A stretch of 32,000 nucleotides of DNA, from contig NC_003902.1 of NCBI RefSeq assembly GCF_000007145.1, positions 4,286,497 through 4,318,496 of the forward strand, given 5' to 3'. Source of the stretch: Xanthomonas campestris pv. campestris str. ATCC 33913. Lineage in GTDB: Bacteria > Pseudomonadota > Gammaproteobacteria > Xanthomonadales > Xanthomonadaceae. Shown piece by piece: positions 1-10,285 of this stretch; within the stretch, counting starts at the first letter, position 1; each line of letters starts with the position of its first letter. A program made the translations under genes and the position numbers. A model generated the notes under the pieces. That model did not search any database, was not told the origin of the DNA, and worked only from the letters and a program-made list of their open reading frames with translations.

Positions 1-248
1 TGTCGGCGAGTCGGTATGCGCCCGAAGTTCCGAACGCGCTCTCTGCGGGTGCTCGCGCAAGACACCTCTGTCCGACGACCGCGCGCTGCGGTCATCAGCC
101 AGTCCGGCCCGGGTCTGCGGACGCCCGGCAGACACCGACGCCGCGAGACCTGAAAAAAATTGCGAGATGGGCTGCCCGATCGGCGCGCTCGTGGCACCTC
201 CTTGATGACGGTGTCAGTGCGACGCCACCTCAGATTGCGGGAACCCCC

Positions 249-2777
249 ATGTCCATCTCCGACCGCCGCCGCGGCCACCACGCTGTTTCGCTGCACCTCT
301 CATTGCCGCGCGCCGCACTGCCCAGGCCCATCGCCACCGCGATTGCGCTGGCCCTGTGCGGCCTGACGGTGCTCGCCACCAGTCCCGCTGCCGCCGCGCA
401 GGATGCCCAAACCGCGTCCGCGGCCCGGCAGCGCTACAGCATCCCGGCCGGGCCACTGGCACCGGCCCTGCGCAGTCTGGCCGGCTCGGCCAACCTGCTG
501 CTGAGCTTCACCGCTGCGCAGACCGATGGACGCACCACCGCCGGGCTGGACGGCGACTACACCGCTGCCGGCGCGCTGACTGCGGTGCTGGCCGGCAGTG
601 GGTTGCAGGCCGTGCCACTGCAGACCGGCGGCTACGTATTGCGCCCGGCGCCCGCGGCGGTGACCAGCCAGGGCGAAGTGGATGCCTGGCTGCTGCCGAC
701 GGTGAAAGTCACCGCACAGGCCGAACGCCGCGCCGCCACCAGCGGCACCGGCAGCTATACCGCGCGCGCGGTCAGCATCGGCCGTGGCGAGCAGCGCCTG
801 AAGGACATCCCGCAGTCGATCAGCGTGGTGACCCGCCAACTGATGGACGAGCAGAACATCACCTCGGTCTACGACGCGCTGGCCAGCACCACCGGCATCA
901 CCATCGTGCAGAGCCCGCAGGGTGGCAAATACATCTATGCGCGCGGTTTCGACATCACCACCGTGCAGTACGACGGCGTGCCGCTCAATCGCGGCATGTA
1001 TGGCCGCGCCAGCAACTACAGCGCCAACATGGGCATCTACGACCGTGCCGAAGTGCTGCGCGGCGCCGCCGGCCTGCTGCAGGGTGCCGGCAACCCCAGC
1101 GGTGCGGTGAACCTGGTGCGCAAGCGCCCGCTGGATGTGCCCGGCGTGAGCGTGATGCTGCAGGCCGGCTCCTGGGACCGCTATGGCGCCTTGCTGGATG
1201 CCAGCGCCAACCTCACCGACGATGGTGCCTTGCGCGCGCGTGGCGTGATCGACTACCAGGACCAGCGCTCGTTCGTCGATGGTGTGGAGCGGCGCACGCC
1301 CACCTATTACGGCACGCTGGATTACAGCGTCTCGCCGCAGACCCAGGTCAGCCTGGCCGCCAGCTACGAAGAATTCGAAGGCCGGCCATTTTTTGGCGGC
1401 CTGCCGAGTTACACCGACGGCCGCGATATCGGCCTGCCGCGCAGCACCAACCTGGGCGCGCAGTGGAACCGGCAATCCTCGTCCAACCGCGGCCTGTACC
1501 TGGACCTGGACCATCGCTTCAACGCCGATTGGGTGTTCAAGCTCAGCGCGGTGCAGGTGCATGAGCGGCACAACCTCAAGTACGCCAGCTCCAGCCGCGC
1601 GATCAACCCGGCCAACGGCACCGGCGCCCTGCTGGCAGCACGCACGATTTCCGAAGCGGACGTGGCCGGCGTGGATGCCAATGTGATCGGGCATTTCAAC
1701 GCGCTCGGGCGGCGCCACGAGTTGGTGTTAGGTAGCAACTACGCCGAAACCACAGTGGATACGGTCTACGGCAACAAGAACAACTTTCAGACCTTCAACG
1801 TGTTCTCGCTGCAACGCAACGTGCGTGCAATCAGCGATGAAGAAATCTTTGCCAGTGCGCGCGAGGCGCGTCACGGCACCTCGCGCGAGCTGGGTCTGTA
1901 CAGCGCGTTGCGCTGGCAACTGACCGACCCGCTGAAGGCGATCGTGGGTGCACGCGTGAGCTGGCACGACACCAAATGGAACACCACCACCACCGGGCTG
2001 TCGCCCTCGCAGTCGATCGAACACACCCGCGAAACCGGGCAGGTCACCCCGTATGCCGGCCTGCTGTACGCGCTCACGCCCACCTGGTCGGCGTATGCCA
2101 GTTATGCGGATATTTTCCAGCCGCAGAACGCGCAGAACGAAGCCGGCGACATGCTCAAGCCCATGACCGGCGCCAACTACGAGCTGGGGCTCAAGGGCGA
2201 GTGGCTGGATGGCCGCATCAATACCGCCTTTGCGCTGTTCCAGGTGGAGCAGAAGAACCGCGCGCAGGCCGACCTGAGCACCAGCCCCACCTGCCGCAAC
2301 AACGACTTCTGCTACATCGACAGCGGCAAGGTGCGCAGCCGCGGCTTCGATGCGGAAGTCAGTGGCGAAGTGCTGCGCGACTGGAACCTGTTCGCCGGCT
2401 ACACCTTCAACCGCACCACCTATCTGCAGGATGTCAGCAGCCAGGGCCAGACCTTCAACAGCTACACGCCCAAGCACCTGCTGCGGGTGTGGACCACCTA
2501 CCGGCTGCCGGGCGTGTTGCAGGACGTCACCGTGGGGGGCGGCGTGAGCGCGCAGAGTGCGGCGTATCGGCAGATCGGCGCGGCCACTGCAGATATTCCC
2601 GGGCGTGCGGTGTGGAATGCGCTGGCGCGTTATCAGGTGAACCGGCAGTGGTCGCTGGCGGTGAACCTCAACAACGTGTTCGACAAGCGCTACTACAGCA
2701 CCTTGTCGAGCTTCGTGAATGGCCGCTATTACGGCGAGCCGCGCAACGTGATGGTGACCCTGCGCGGCGCGCTGTGA
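249..2777 (+). CDS. TonB-dependent siderophore receptor with N-terminal signalling (STN) extension (TonB-dependent transducer)
   Basis: 842-aa ORF. Signal peptide ends ...LATSPAAAAQ. STN-like segment QRYSIPAGPLAPALRSLAGSANLLLSF...GYVLRP. Plug motifs IPQSISVVTRQLMDEQ and YDRAEVLRGAAGLLQGAGNPSGAVNLVRKRP. Long beta-barrel region ends ...YGEPRNVMVTLRGAL. Confidence 0.9.
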   Translation: MSISDRRRGHHAVSLHLSLPRAALPRPIATAIALALCGLTVLATSPAAAAQDAQTASAARQRYSIPAGPLAPALRSLAGSANLLLSFTAAQTDGRTTAGLDGDYTAAGALTAVLAGSGLQAVPLQTGGYVLRPAPAAVTSQGEVDAWLLPTVKVTAQAERRAATSGTGSYTARAVSIGRGEQRLKDIPQSISVVTRQLMDEQNITSVYDALASTTGITIVQSPQGGKYIYARGFDITTVQYDGVPLNRGMYGRASNYSANMGIYDRAEVLRGAAGLLQGAGNPSGAVNLVRKRPLDVPGVSVMLQAGSWDRYGALLDASANLTDDGALRARGVIDYQDQRSFVDGVERRTPTYYGTLDYSVSPQTQVSLAASYEEFEGRPFFGGLPSYTDGRDIGLPRSTNLGAQWNRQSSSNRGLYLDLDHRFNADWVFKLSAVQVHERHNLKYASSSRAINPANGTGALLAARTISEADVAGVDANVIGHFNALGRRHELVLGSNYAETTVDTVYGNKNNFQTFNVFSLQRNVRAISDEEIFASAREARHGTSRELGLYSALRWQLTDPLKAIVGARVSWHDTKWNTTTTGLSPSQSIEHTRETGQVTPYAGLLYALTPTWSAYASYADIFQPQNAQNEAGDMLKPMTGANYELGLKGEWLDGRINTAFALFQVEQKNRAQADLSTSPTCRNNDFCYIDSGKVRSRGFDAEVSGEVLRDWNLFAGYTFNRTTYLQDVSSQGQTFNSYTPKHLLRVWTTYRLPGVLQDVTVGGGVSAQSAAYRQIGAATADIPGRAVWNALARYQVNRQWSLAVNLNNVFDKRYYSTLSSFVNGRYYGEPRNVMVTLRGAL

Positions 2778-2808
2778 TGCGCCGCTGCATGCACGGGACG
2801 ATGGCCGC

Positions 2809-4431
2809 ATGAGGGAGGGGTTTCGGCAAAGCATGGCGTGGCTGCATACCTGGTGCGGCCTCACCTGCGGCTGGCTGCTGTGCGCGATCTTCCTCACCGG
2901 CACGCTCAGCGTGTTCCGCGACCCGATCACCAGCTGGATGCAGGCCAGGCCAACACTGCCCGGCGCCGCCACGCACGCGTCGCTGCCCCAGGCACAGCTG
3001 GTGCCACGCGCGCTGGCACACCTGCGCCAACAGGCGGCGCAGGCCACGTTGTGGCGCATCAGTTTGCCGGTGCACTTGGGCGACACGCTGGATGTGGTCT
3101 GGCGTGGCCCCGCTGGCGCCGGCCAGGCCACGCTGAGCCCCATCACCGGCGAAGTCCTGCCCACGCCGTGGGGCCGCCAGACTGAAGGCGGGCGGCATTT
3201 CATGAGCTTCCACTACACCTTGCAGGGCGGCATTCCCGGCTACTGGCTGGTGGGCTGGGTATCGATGTGCGGATTGATTGCGTTTGTGTCCGGCGTGGTA
3301 GTGCACAAGCGCATCTTCCTGGACTTTTTCACCTTCCGCCCGGGCAAGGGGCAGCGCTCGTGGCTGGATGCGCACAACGCCACCGCCGTGCTCACGCTGC
3401 CGTTCCTGTTGATGATCGTCTACACCGGGCTGGCGTATTTCTCCACCAGCTATCTCTCCGCGCCGCTGCACGCGCTGTATGGCCAGGACGAAGACGCCTA
3501 CGCCCGGTACGAGGCGGCGTTGTCGCCTGCCGCCGCGGTACCGGCGACGCAGCCAACCCAGCACGAGCGGATGCAGACCTATCTGCCCGATCTTGTGCAG
3601 CGCGCCGCAGCGCTCAATGGTCAGCCTGCGCAAACACTGGTCATTCAACGCCCGGACCAGCCTGGTGGCACGCTGCGTGTAATTGCGCGTGTTGCAGACA
3701 CCGCGCACTCGCGGCAGTTGCTCAATCCACCGGCCAGCGTGGTGTTCGATACCGGCAGTGGCGCGCTACTGGAGCGGCATGCCGTTGCGGCGCACACACC
3801 GCTGCAAGCCGCCGATGTGGATGCGACGATCAAGACCTTGCATGTGGCCGGGTTTGGCGGCTGGACCGCCAAGTGGCTGTACTTCGTCTGTGGCCTGGCC
3901 GGTACCGCGATGATCGCCACCGGCACGGTGTTGTTCACCTTCAAGCGCCGGCGCCGCAGCGAGCAGGAATTCGGCACTGCCACGGCCGGCATCTATCGGG
4001 TGGTGGAAGCGTGCAACGTGGCCGCACTGGCCGGCACCGCGTTGGCGTGCATTGCGTACTTCTATGCAAACCGCTTGCTGCCGGCAGAGCTGGAGGCGCG
4101 TGCGCAGATGGAAATCCGGGTGTTTCTGTGGGTGTGGGCCGGCACGTTGCTACATGGCCTGCTGCGCCCACCGCTGCGCGCCTGGGTGGAGCAATTAGGT
4201 ATCACCGCCGCATTGTGCATTGGCCTGCCACTGCTCAACGCGGCCAGTACGGGGCAGCATGTTGGCCGCTATCTGCTCGATGGCGACCTGCAGCGCGCTG
4301 CGGTGGAACTCACCGCCCTGGGCTTCGGTGTGAGCGTTGCCTATGCCGCGTATCGCGTGCAGCAGCGCGTCAGTGCGCCGCCACCCATGCGTGCGGCGCG
4401 GCGCACGCAGACAGCGGAGCCCGGTGCATGA
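2809..4431 (+). CDS. PepSY-domain / PiuB-like iron-regulated inner-membrane protein
   Basis: 540-aa ORF directly downstream of the receptor. N-terminus FRQSMAWLHTWCGLTCGWLLCAIFLTGTLSVF is typical of PepSY-associated TM helix proteins. Several further TM segments. Stop overlaps the next start (ATGA at 4428-4431). Confidence 0.85.
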   Translation: MREGFRQSMAWLHTWCGLTCGWLLCAIFLTGTLSVFRDPITSWMQARPTLPGAATHASLPQAQLVPRALAHLRQQAAQATLWRISLPVHLGDTLDVVWRGPAGAGQATLSPITGEVLPTPWGRQTEGGRHFMSFHYTLQGGIPGYWLVGWVSMCGLIAFVSGVVVHKRIFLDFFTFRPGKGQRSWLDAHNATAVLTLPFLLMIVYTGLAYFSTSYLSAPLHALYGQDEDAYARYEAALSPAAAVPATQPTQHERMQTYLPDLVQRAAALNGQPAQTLVIQRPDQPGGTLRVIARVADTAHSRQLLNPPASVVFDTGSGALLERHAVAAHTPLQAADVDATIKTLHVAGFGGWTAKWLYFVCGLAGTAMIATGTVLFTFKRRRRSEQEFGTATAGIYRVVEACNVAALAGTALACIAYFYANRLLPAELEARAQMEIRVFLWVWAGTLLHGLLRPPLRAWVEQLGITAALCIGLPLLNAASTGQHVGRYLLDGDLQRAAVELTALGFGVSVAYAAYRVQQRVSAPPPMRAARRTQTAEPGA

Positions 4432-4748
4432 GTAAACCGCCACAGGCATCGCCATGGCGTTACCGCAGCGCTGTCGCTGGGCGCGTGCTGGCGGCCAGCA
4501 TGGGCGGCTATGCGCTCACCGCCAGTGGCAGCGGCGTGGCCGCGCAGCTGCTGGCCCGCGTGGCAGGCGTGGCGCCGGCCGTTGCGGTGCTGGTGACCAC
4601 GCTGCTGAGTTTCGTGGTCTACACGCTGCTGGCAATGTGGATGTTCCGCGCGCGCAGTGCGTGGCGGATGTGGTTGTCGATGCTCGTCGCGCTGGCGGTG
4701 CTGGCAGGCATCGACTGGGTGCTGCGGGGCAGTGCATGGCCGGCATGA
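4428..4748 (+). CDS. Small membrane protein, DUF3649-like (family name from memory)
   Basis: 106 codons from the ATG at 4428, in frame with track ORF 3267..4748. ATGA overlaps at both ends. Two predicted TM helices (VAVLVTTLLSFVVYTLLAMWMF, WLSMLVALAVLAGIDWVL). The position after a PiuB-like gene is a recurrent arrangement. Confidence 0.6.
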   Translation: MSKPPQASPWRYRSAVAGRVLAASMGGYALTASGSGVAAQLLARVAGVAPAVAVLVTTLLSFVVYTLLAMWMFRARSAWRMWLSMLVALAVLAGIDWVLRGSAWPA

Positions 4749-5095
4749 TCGCCTCGCTCACGGCGTTGGCGCTGTGCCACGCCGGCATGTTGGCGATTTG
4801 CGTGGCGATGCATCGCCATTACGAACAACTCACCGGCCAGCGCACCGCACCGCGTGCGCAGCGCTGGCAGTTGCGCGTGCTCGGTGCATGCCTGCTGCTG
4901 AGCGCACTGGGCGTGTGCGTGCGCGCCTGGGGCGGCAGTGCGGGCGCGGTGCTATGGCTGGGCATGGCGAGCGCCGGGGCCTTGTGGGTGGCGCTGGGGC
5001 TGGCATATGCACCGCGCCGCAATGCCTGGGTGGCGGTAACGGTGGGATGCCTGGGCGGCGTGGCTGCGGCTGGCGCGGTGCTGGGGCTCGGCTAG
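4745..5095 (+). CDS. Small membrane protein, DUF3325-like (family name from memory)
   Basis: 116 codons from the ATG at 4745, in frame with track ORF 4454..5095. ATGA overlap with the previous gene. Hydrophobic throughout (MIASLTALALCHAGMLAICVAM..., LLLSALGVCV, WVAVTVGCLGGVAAAGAVLGLG). Confidence 0.6.
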   Translation: MIASLTALALCHAGMLAICVAMHRHYEQLTGQRTAPRAQRWQLRVLGACLLLSALGVCVRAWGGSAGAVLWLGMASAGALWVALGLAYAPRRNAWVAVTVGCLGGVAAAGAVLGLG

Positions 5096-5141
5096 CGCGA
5101 GCGCAGTGCGCAGATGCGTACGCGGGCGCGTCCTTGCCTGG

Positions 5142-5206
5142 GTAGGCGCGCTTGCGCGCGAGCTTGGCAGCGCCGGTGACGCGTTCGCGCACGCGTGCGC
5201 TCCTAC
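5142..5206. repeat. Inverted pair of REP elements (GTAGGnGCGCGC family)
   Basis: GTAGGCGCGCTTGCGCGCGAG on the + strand faces GTAGGAGCGCACGCGTGCGCG on the - strand. Same family as the copies at 18965-19330 and 21664. Confidence 0.7.
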
Positions 5207-5284
5207 AGGGCACGGCGGTGGCGGTGCACGCGCGGCAGCGCGCCTGCACATGGTGCTACCCGGCAGGGATGCCAGAATCGGGCC

Positions 5285-8098
5285 ATGTCACAGCCCATTC
5301 CGTCTGCCTCTCCTGCGCTGGCCGCTCTGATCGAGCGGGCCGTGGCGCGCGTCCGCCACGCCCTGCCTGCCGATGCGCCGTGGCCCGAAGGTGTTGAGCA
5401 CCCGCTGGCACGCGTAGCGCTGGCCAGTGACTTCGTGGTCGACACGCTCGCCCGCCAACCTGCGCTGCTCGCCCACCTGGCACAGCCAGACCCGCCGCCG
5501 CTGCCGGTGCCACGCCTGGACCCGGCGCAGCCGCAGGAGTGGGCCGCACAACTGCGCCGTTACCGCGCAGCCGCCTCCGCGCGCCTGGTGTGGCGCGACG
5601 TGCTCGGCCTGGACGATGTAGACGCCACTCTGGCCGGTGCCACCACGCTGGCGGAAACCTGCCTGCAATGCGCGCTGCAGGCACTGGAACAACAGTTTTC
5701 CACCCGCCACGGGCAGGTGATTGCCGAAGACGGCAGCGTGCAGCGGCTGGTGGTGTTCGGGCTGGGCAAGCTCGGCGGTGGCGAACTGAATTTTTCCTCC
5801 GACGTGGATCTGGTCTATGCGTATCCGCAGGCCGGGCAGTCCGATGGCGCGCGCCCGCTGGCGGCCGAAGAATATTTCGCGCGGCTGGGCCAACAGCTGG
5901 CCAGGCTGCTCGACGAAACCACCGCCGATGGCTTCAGCCATCGCGTGGACCTGCGCCTGCGCCCGTTTGGCAGTGCTGGGCGGGTGGCGTTGTCGTTCAA
6001 CGGCATGGACCAGTACTTCCAGCGCGAAGGCCGTGACTGGGAGCGCTATGCCTGGTTGAAGGCACGCGCGGTGGCCGGCGACATCGCCGCCGGCGAGGCG
6101 TGGCTGGAAACGCTGCGCCCGTTCGTGTATCGCCGCTACCTGGATTTCACTGCGCTCGACGGGCTGCGCGACATGAAGGCCGCGATCACCGCCGAAGTGG
6201 CGCACCATGCACGCCTGGACGACATCAAGCGCGGGCCGGGCGGCATCCGTGAGATCGAATTCCTGGCTCAATCGCTGCAGCTTATTCGCGGTGGGCGCGA
6301 AGCCAGCTTGCGCGAGCGCCGTTTGTTGCCAGCCTTGCAGGCGCTGGTGGACCTCGGGCAGATCGATCCGCCCACCGGTCAGGCATTGGCCGATGCCTAC
6401 CGCTTCCTGCGCCGGGTGGAGAACCGCCTGCAGATGCTGCGCGATGCACAAACGCATGCCTTGCCGCAGGGCGAGCCGGAGCGCGAACGCATCGCGCTCG
6501 GTCTGGGCTATGCGCACTGGCAGGCATTGCTGGAAGCGTTGGCACCGCACCGCACGCGGGTGGCGGCGGAATTTGCCGAGTTGCTGGCACCACGCGTGCA
6601 CGCTACCGCGCCCGATACGCTGGCCGATTACTGGCGCGCGCTGCCCGAGGGCGATGCGGCGCCGTTGCTGGGCATCGGCCTGCACGATCCCAACAACGCG
6701 CATCACATGCTGGCCGATTTCGCACAGTCCTCCGGCGTGCGCGCGCTCTCCGATGGCGCGCGCACGCGGCTGGACCGGGTGATGCCGGCGCTGCTGCATG
6801 CGGCGATCCGCGCGACCCAGCCAGACGCCGCGTTGCGGCGCGTGCTCGGCCTGCTGCAGGCCACGCTGCGCCGCACCAGCTACCTGGCGCTGCTCGACGA
6901 GCAACCCAGCGCGCTGGCTCGCCTGGTCGATGTGCTCTCGCGCAGTGCCTTGTTGGCCGAGCGCCTGGCTGCGTATCCGCTGCTGCTGGACGAACTGCTC
7001 GATACCCGCATCAGCGGTCCGTTGCCCGACCGCGCCGCACTGCATACCGCATGCGTCGACACCTTGCAGATCGACGATACCGAAGCGGCCTTGCGCGAAC
7101 TCAACGAGCGCCGGCTTGCGTTGAGCTTCCGCATTGCACTGGCCACCCTCGATGGTCGCCAGCAACCCGTGGACAGTACCCAGCAACTGGCCTGGCTTGC
7201 CGAGGCGGTGGTGCAGACGGTGTTGCAACTGGCGCGCCGCGAATTGGTCGCCGCGCATGGGCAGGTGCCCGGTGGCGCGTTCGCCATCATCGGCTATGGC
7301 AGTCTGGGCGGCCTGGAGCTGGGCTTCGGCTCGGATCTGGATCTGGTGTTTCTCTACGATCACCCACGCGAGGTGGAAGCCTCCGATGGCAAGCGACCGC
7401 TGGAAGCCGGGCGCTGGTTTGCGCGGCTTGCGCAGAAGGTGATGACATTGCTGGGCGCCGAAACCGGCGCCGGCCGTCTCTACGACATCGATGTGCGGCT
7501 GCGCCCGGACGGCGGCAAGGGTGCGTTGGTGTCCTCGCTCGCCAGCTATCGCGACTATCAACGCGATCGTGCCTGGACCTGGGAGCATCAGGCGCTGGTG
7601 CGCGCACGTGCGGTGGCCGGCGATGCCGCGCTTTGCGAAGCGTTCGTGCAGGTGCGTCGCGAGACGCTGACACGCGTGCGCGACCCCGCTCTGCTGCACG
7701 AGGACGTGCGCAAGATGCGTGCACGCATGCGCAGCGAACTCGATCGCAGCGATGCCGGGCGACTGGATCTCAAGCAGGGGGCCGGCGGTCTGGTCGACCT
7801 GGAATTCCTGTTGCAGGCCGGCGTGCTCGGCCAGGCCGCCCAGCATCCGGCGTTGCTGTTGGCCTGCGCCACGCCCGCATTGATCGACGCGCTGGTGCAG
7901 GTGCAGTGGCTACCGGCCGAGAGTGCAGCGCCGCTGCATCACGCCCACGCCACGTTGGTGGAGGCGGGCCTGAGTTGCACATTGGACCGTCGGCCACGCT
8001 TGGTGGTCTCCACGCCTCCGATTCGGGATGCTTGCCAAATTGTTGCAGCGATTGCAGATGCGCAGCAGTTGCGATTTCAGCCAGGAAAAGGTGCCTAA
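5285..8098 (+). CDS. glnE: Bifunctional glutamine synthetase adenylyltransferase / adenylyl-removing enzyme
   Basis: Two nucleotidyltransferase cores, [20 protein letters not shown] and [20 protein letters not shown], each followed by DxRLRP ([18 protein letters not shown]). Length fits GlnE. Start chosen at MSQPIPSAS (ATG 5285). The track ORF extends upstream to 5195 through REP sequence. Confidence 0.9.
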
Positions 8099-8180
8099 AG
8101 ACGTCGGCGGAGCCAGCCGTTCTCCGCAGTGCGGCACGCCCGGCAGTCCTTGTGCGCTACGCATCAGCACTCGCTCGGGT

Positions 8181-9722
8181 CTAGGCGTTTCTGGTCATGG
8201 ACCTTCCTGCATAGAACGCCTGTGCAGCATCCTTACAGACATTCTCGTAAAATACATCGGCATCCTCGGTGGTGTAGCCGGCTCCGACGAAGCATCCGCG
8301 CGCGATTTCATGCAACGTATGCCTGACGCTGCTCGCATCGTCGTATACAGCATTGAGGCATGCCACCACTACCCCTACATCCTGTTTGGAAAGACGGGGC
8401 TCACCGCTCATCAAGCGTGCGTGGTTGATGCATGCAACGGCATTTGCGCTGGTGAATGAATCGCCTAACCCGGAACAGTCTTCGAAGCCATTGCCTTGCG
8501 CGTTGAGCTTGAAGTGCACGATCGGCAGGCCTTCCATATTCTTCTGTTTCGCCATCTCCATGAAGTCTGCAAGAGCTTCGGGTCGATCCTGCAGGCGCCT
8601 GGACTGGAACTTCGTTTCCAAATGTTGCAATAACGGCCCGGCGACACTGGTGTTTTTTTTCAATACGCTGATGGACGGATCTTCGAACATCAGGGTCGCA
8701 TCGATCCTGTCCGTTTGCTCCTGCGATAGCAGCCCGTTGGCGATCAACGTTTTCATGATGACTTTTTCGGGGTGGCCCCAATGCTCGTCGGCGGCATACA
8801 CCTGACGGAAATTCAGGATCGCTTGGCCGGCAGCGTGTTGTGCCTGCTTGCCAAGTTTGTCGTCGCCCTCCAGTGTACGTTCAAGCAATTCCATGCACTG
8901 TTTGAGCGACAACGCTCTGTCGCTCTGGGAATCCTGCTTGAAATGCTGCATGCCGCGATTGATGAAGGGCTGGGTGATTGATCGTGAGGTATATCCGCTT
9001 GCACCGGTCTGAGCATTGGGTACGCCGGTCAGAGAGTACTTGTTCTTGGTTTCGTAGAGCGGGCTTCTACTCAGGTCCGGATTGGCCGGGACATGCGTAG
9101 GGGCGTACTGGGCAATGCACTCGTCCCTGATGCGCTCGCCCTTGAGGCAGGCAAGGTTGGTGAGCAGCGATTGCCGTGCGTGCTGGCTGTCGAAGAGGTG
9201 GCCGATATGAACCTTGGTCGCCGCACGGTAGTCGCTCATGGTGGCGAACTGGTTGGACCCGCACGTTCTGATCGGTACGAAGGGACGGCTGTGCGATGCG
9301 CGTTCTCCTTCGGTAGCGCTGTGATACCGCGCGTGATAGCTCTCCGCTTTCACGCATGCTTTCTCAAGCCGATCATTGCTGCTAAATCCGGCCTTGCCGT
9401 CGCGGAGCGAGGTCGTTGAAAGAAAGAAGTTGTCTGCCACATAGCCTGCGCCAGCAATGCCAAGAGCGTACTTGGCAGCTCGTGTTGCCCACTGTCCGCC
9501 ATGGTCTCTGCCATTCTTTGGTGTACCGTCCTGCGTATTGGGTGGACGCTGGCTTTGCTGTTTTTGCTTGTTCTTTCGAGCTGGCAACGCTCCCAGTAAG
9601 CCTGCCGTCGTTTCTGCACAGGGAGTGGCTGACGCCGACGCGGGGGTGGATAACCCGGTGGAGGTGCCAGGGGTCAGTAGCCGCTGGACGGTGGCCAACG
9701 GCAGTGAGGTTTTTGTTCGCAT
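8181..9722 (-). CDS. Candidate type III secreted effector in a low-GC island. Possibly XopAK/HopK1 C-terminal family (recollection only, unverified).
   Basis: 513 codons from ATG 9722, preceded by AGGAGA 7 nt upstream (ctAGGAGAcccatcATG). GC is about 53% against about 67% in the flanks. In the first 50 aa, Ser+Thr+Pro is about 40% and the first acidic residue is at position 37. A basic KNKQKQQSQR patch follows. No TM segment and no Sec signal. I can name no recognisable housekeeping domain. Confidence 0.6.
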   Translation of the reverse strand: MRTKTSLPLATVQRLLTPGTSTGLSTPASASATPCAETTAGLLGALPARKNKQKQQSQRPPNTQDGTPKNGRDHGGQWATRAAKYALGIAGAGYVADNFFLSTTSLRDGKAGFSSNDRLEKACVKAESYHARYHSATEGERASHSRPFVPIRTCGSNQFATMSDYRAATKVHIGHLFDSQHARQSLLTNLACLKGERIRDECIAQYAPTHVPANPDLSRSPLYETKNKYSLTGVPNAQTGASGYTSRSITQPFINRGMQHFKQDSQSDRALSLKQCMELLERTLEGDDKLGKQAQHAAGQAILNFRQVYAADEHWGHPEKVIMKTLIANGLLSQEQTDRIDATLMFEDPSISVLKKNTSVAGPLLQHLETKFQSRRLQDRPEALADFMEMAKQKNMEGLPIVHFKLNAQGNGFEDCSGLGDSFTSANAVACINHARLMSGEPRLSKQDVGVVVACLNAVYDDASSVRHTLHEIARGCFVGAGYTTEDADVFYENVCKDAAQAFYAGRSMTRNA

Positions 9723-10124
9723 GATGGGTCTCCTAGAGTGCAGGACGGAAATCAACGATGCCGGTTGAGTCGATGCTAGACGGGCCTATGACCGAACGTA
9801 ATGAACAGAGCGTACGTAGTAGAGAATTGAGGGGCGTAGCACGACGTTTGCGGGTGCCGTCTGGTGGTTTCATCCATCATCGGTCAGCTCTGTGATTGAA
9901 GATGCGGACCGCCCAATCAATTTAGTGTAAGCAATCTCTCGTTCCGCCACGTGATAATGAATACGCCTTATCACGGTGGAGTCACCTGGATTTTCCTGTA
10001 CTAGGACGTTGCTGACCAAACGCGATATGCCGGTGTTCTCGATGGTGCGTGCAACAGGGTGGGCGCATCAACCGTAGTCGACCTGTAAACCAAGCGTTTT
10101 TGATCCCAGTTGACTCACAGGACG

Positions 10125-10186
10125 ACTGTGCCGCAGATCTGCGCACGCTTCCATTTCGACTGCGAAGATGTGATGTCATAAGCGAG
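10125..10186 (-). promoter_or_regulatory. Imperfect PIP box (HrpX-type) with correctly spaced -10-like hexamer
   Basis: The minus strand reads CTCGC-N15-TTCGC (10186..10162), then 31 nt, then CACAGT (fits YANNNT). The consensus is TTCGB-N15-TTCGB-N30-32-YANNNT, so the first half-site has one mismatch. It lies about 440 nt upstream of ATG 9722. Confidence 0.25.
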
Positions 10187-10285
10187 CAGCCACGCTGTGG
10201 CTCGTATCAGGAGCGTGTGCGATCGATGCACTGCCGTTGGATGCAGGACGTACCCGTATCATGTCGATCCAGGTGTGTGCTGCAG

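Noticed and set aside
1-248. Possible 3' end of a fecR-like gene, and a Fur box or ECF promoter upstream of the receptor
   Set aside because: Frames 1 and 2 stay open from the window edge to stops at 151-153 and 202-204, and frame 3 to beyond 248, but none shows recognisable FecR C-terminal motifs. No Fur-box-like AT-rich palindrome is present. The AAAAT-N16-CGA match to iron-starvation sigma promoters is too weak to report.
300-1718. 472-aa minus-strand ORF, and the overlapping + frame ORF 356..1564
   Set aside because: Both lie antisense or out of frame to the motif-supported TonB-dependent receptor gene. Their Arg/Ala/Gly/Pro-rich composition is typical of shadow ORFs in high-GC DNA.
5288-7846. 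852-aa minus-strand ORF
   Set aside because: It lies entirely antisense to glnE, whose two nucleotidyltransferase domains are unambiguous. It is a shadow ORF.
9982-10179. 65-aa minus-strand ORF between yhhQ and the candidate effector (possible chaperone)
   Set aside because: It has no RBS and a basic, low-complexity sequence unlike the small acidic T3SS chaperones. It also starts upstream of, and so spans, the candidate -10 hexamer (10125-10130).
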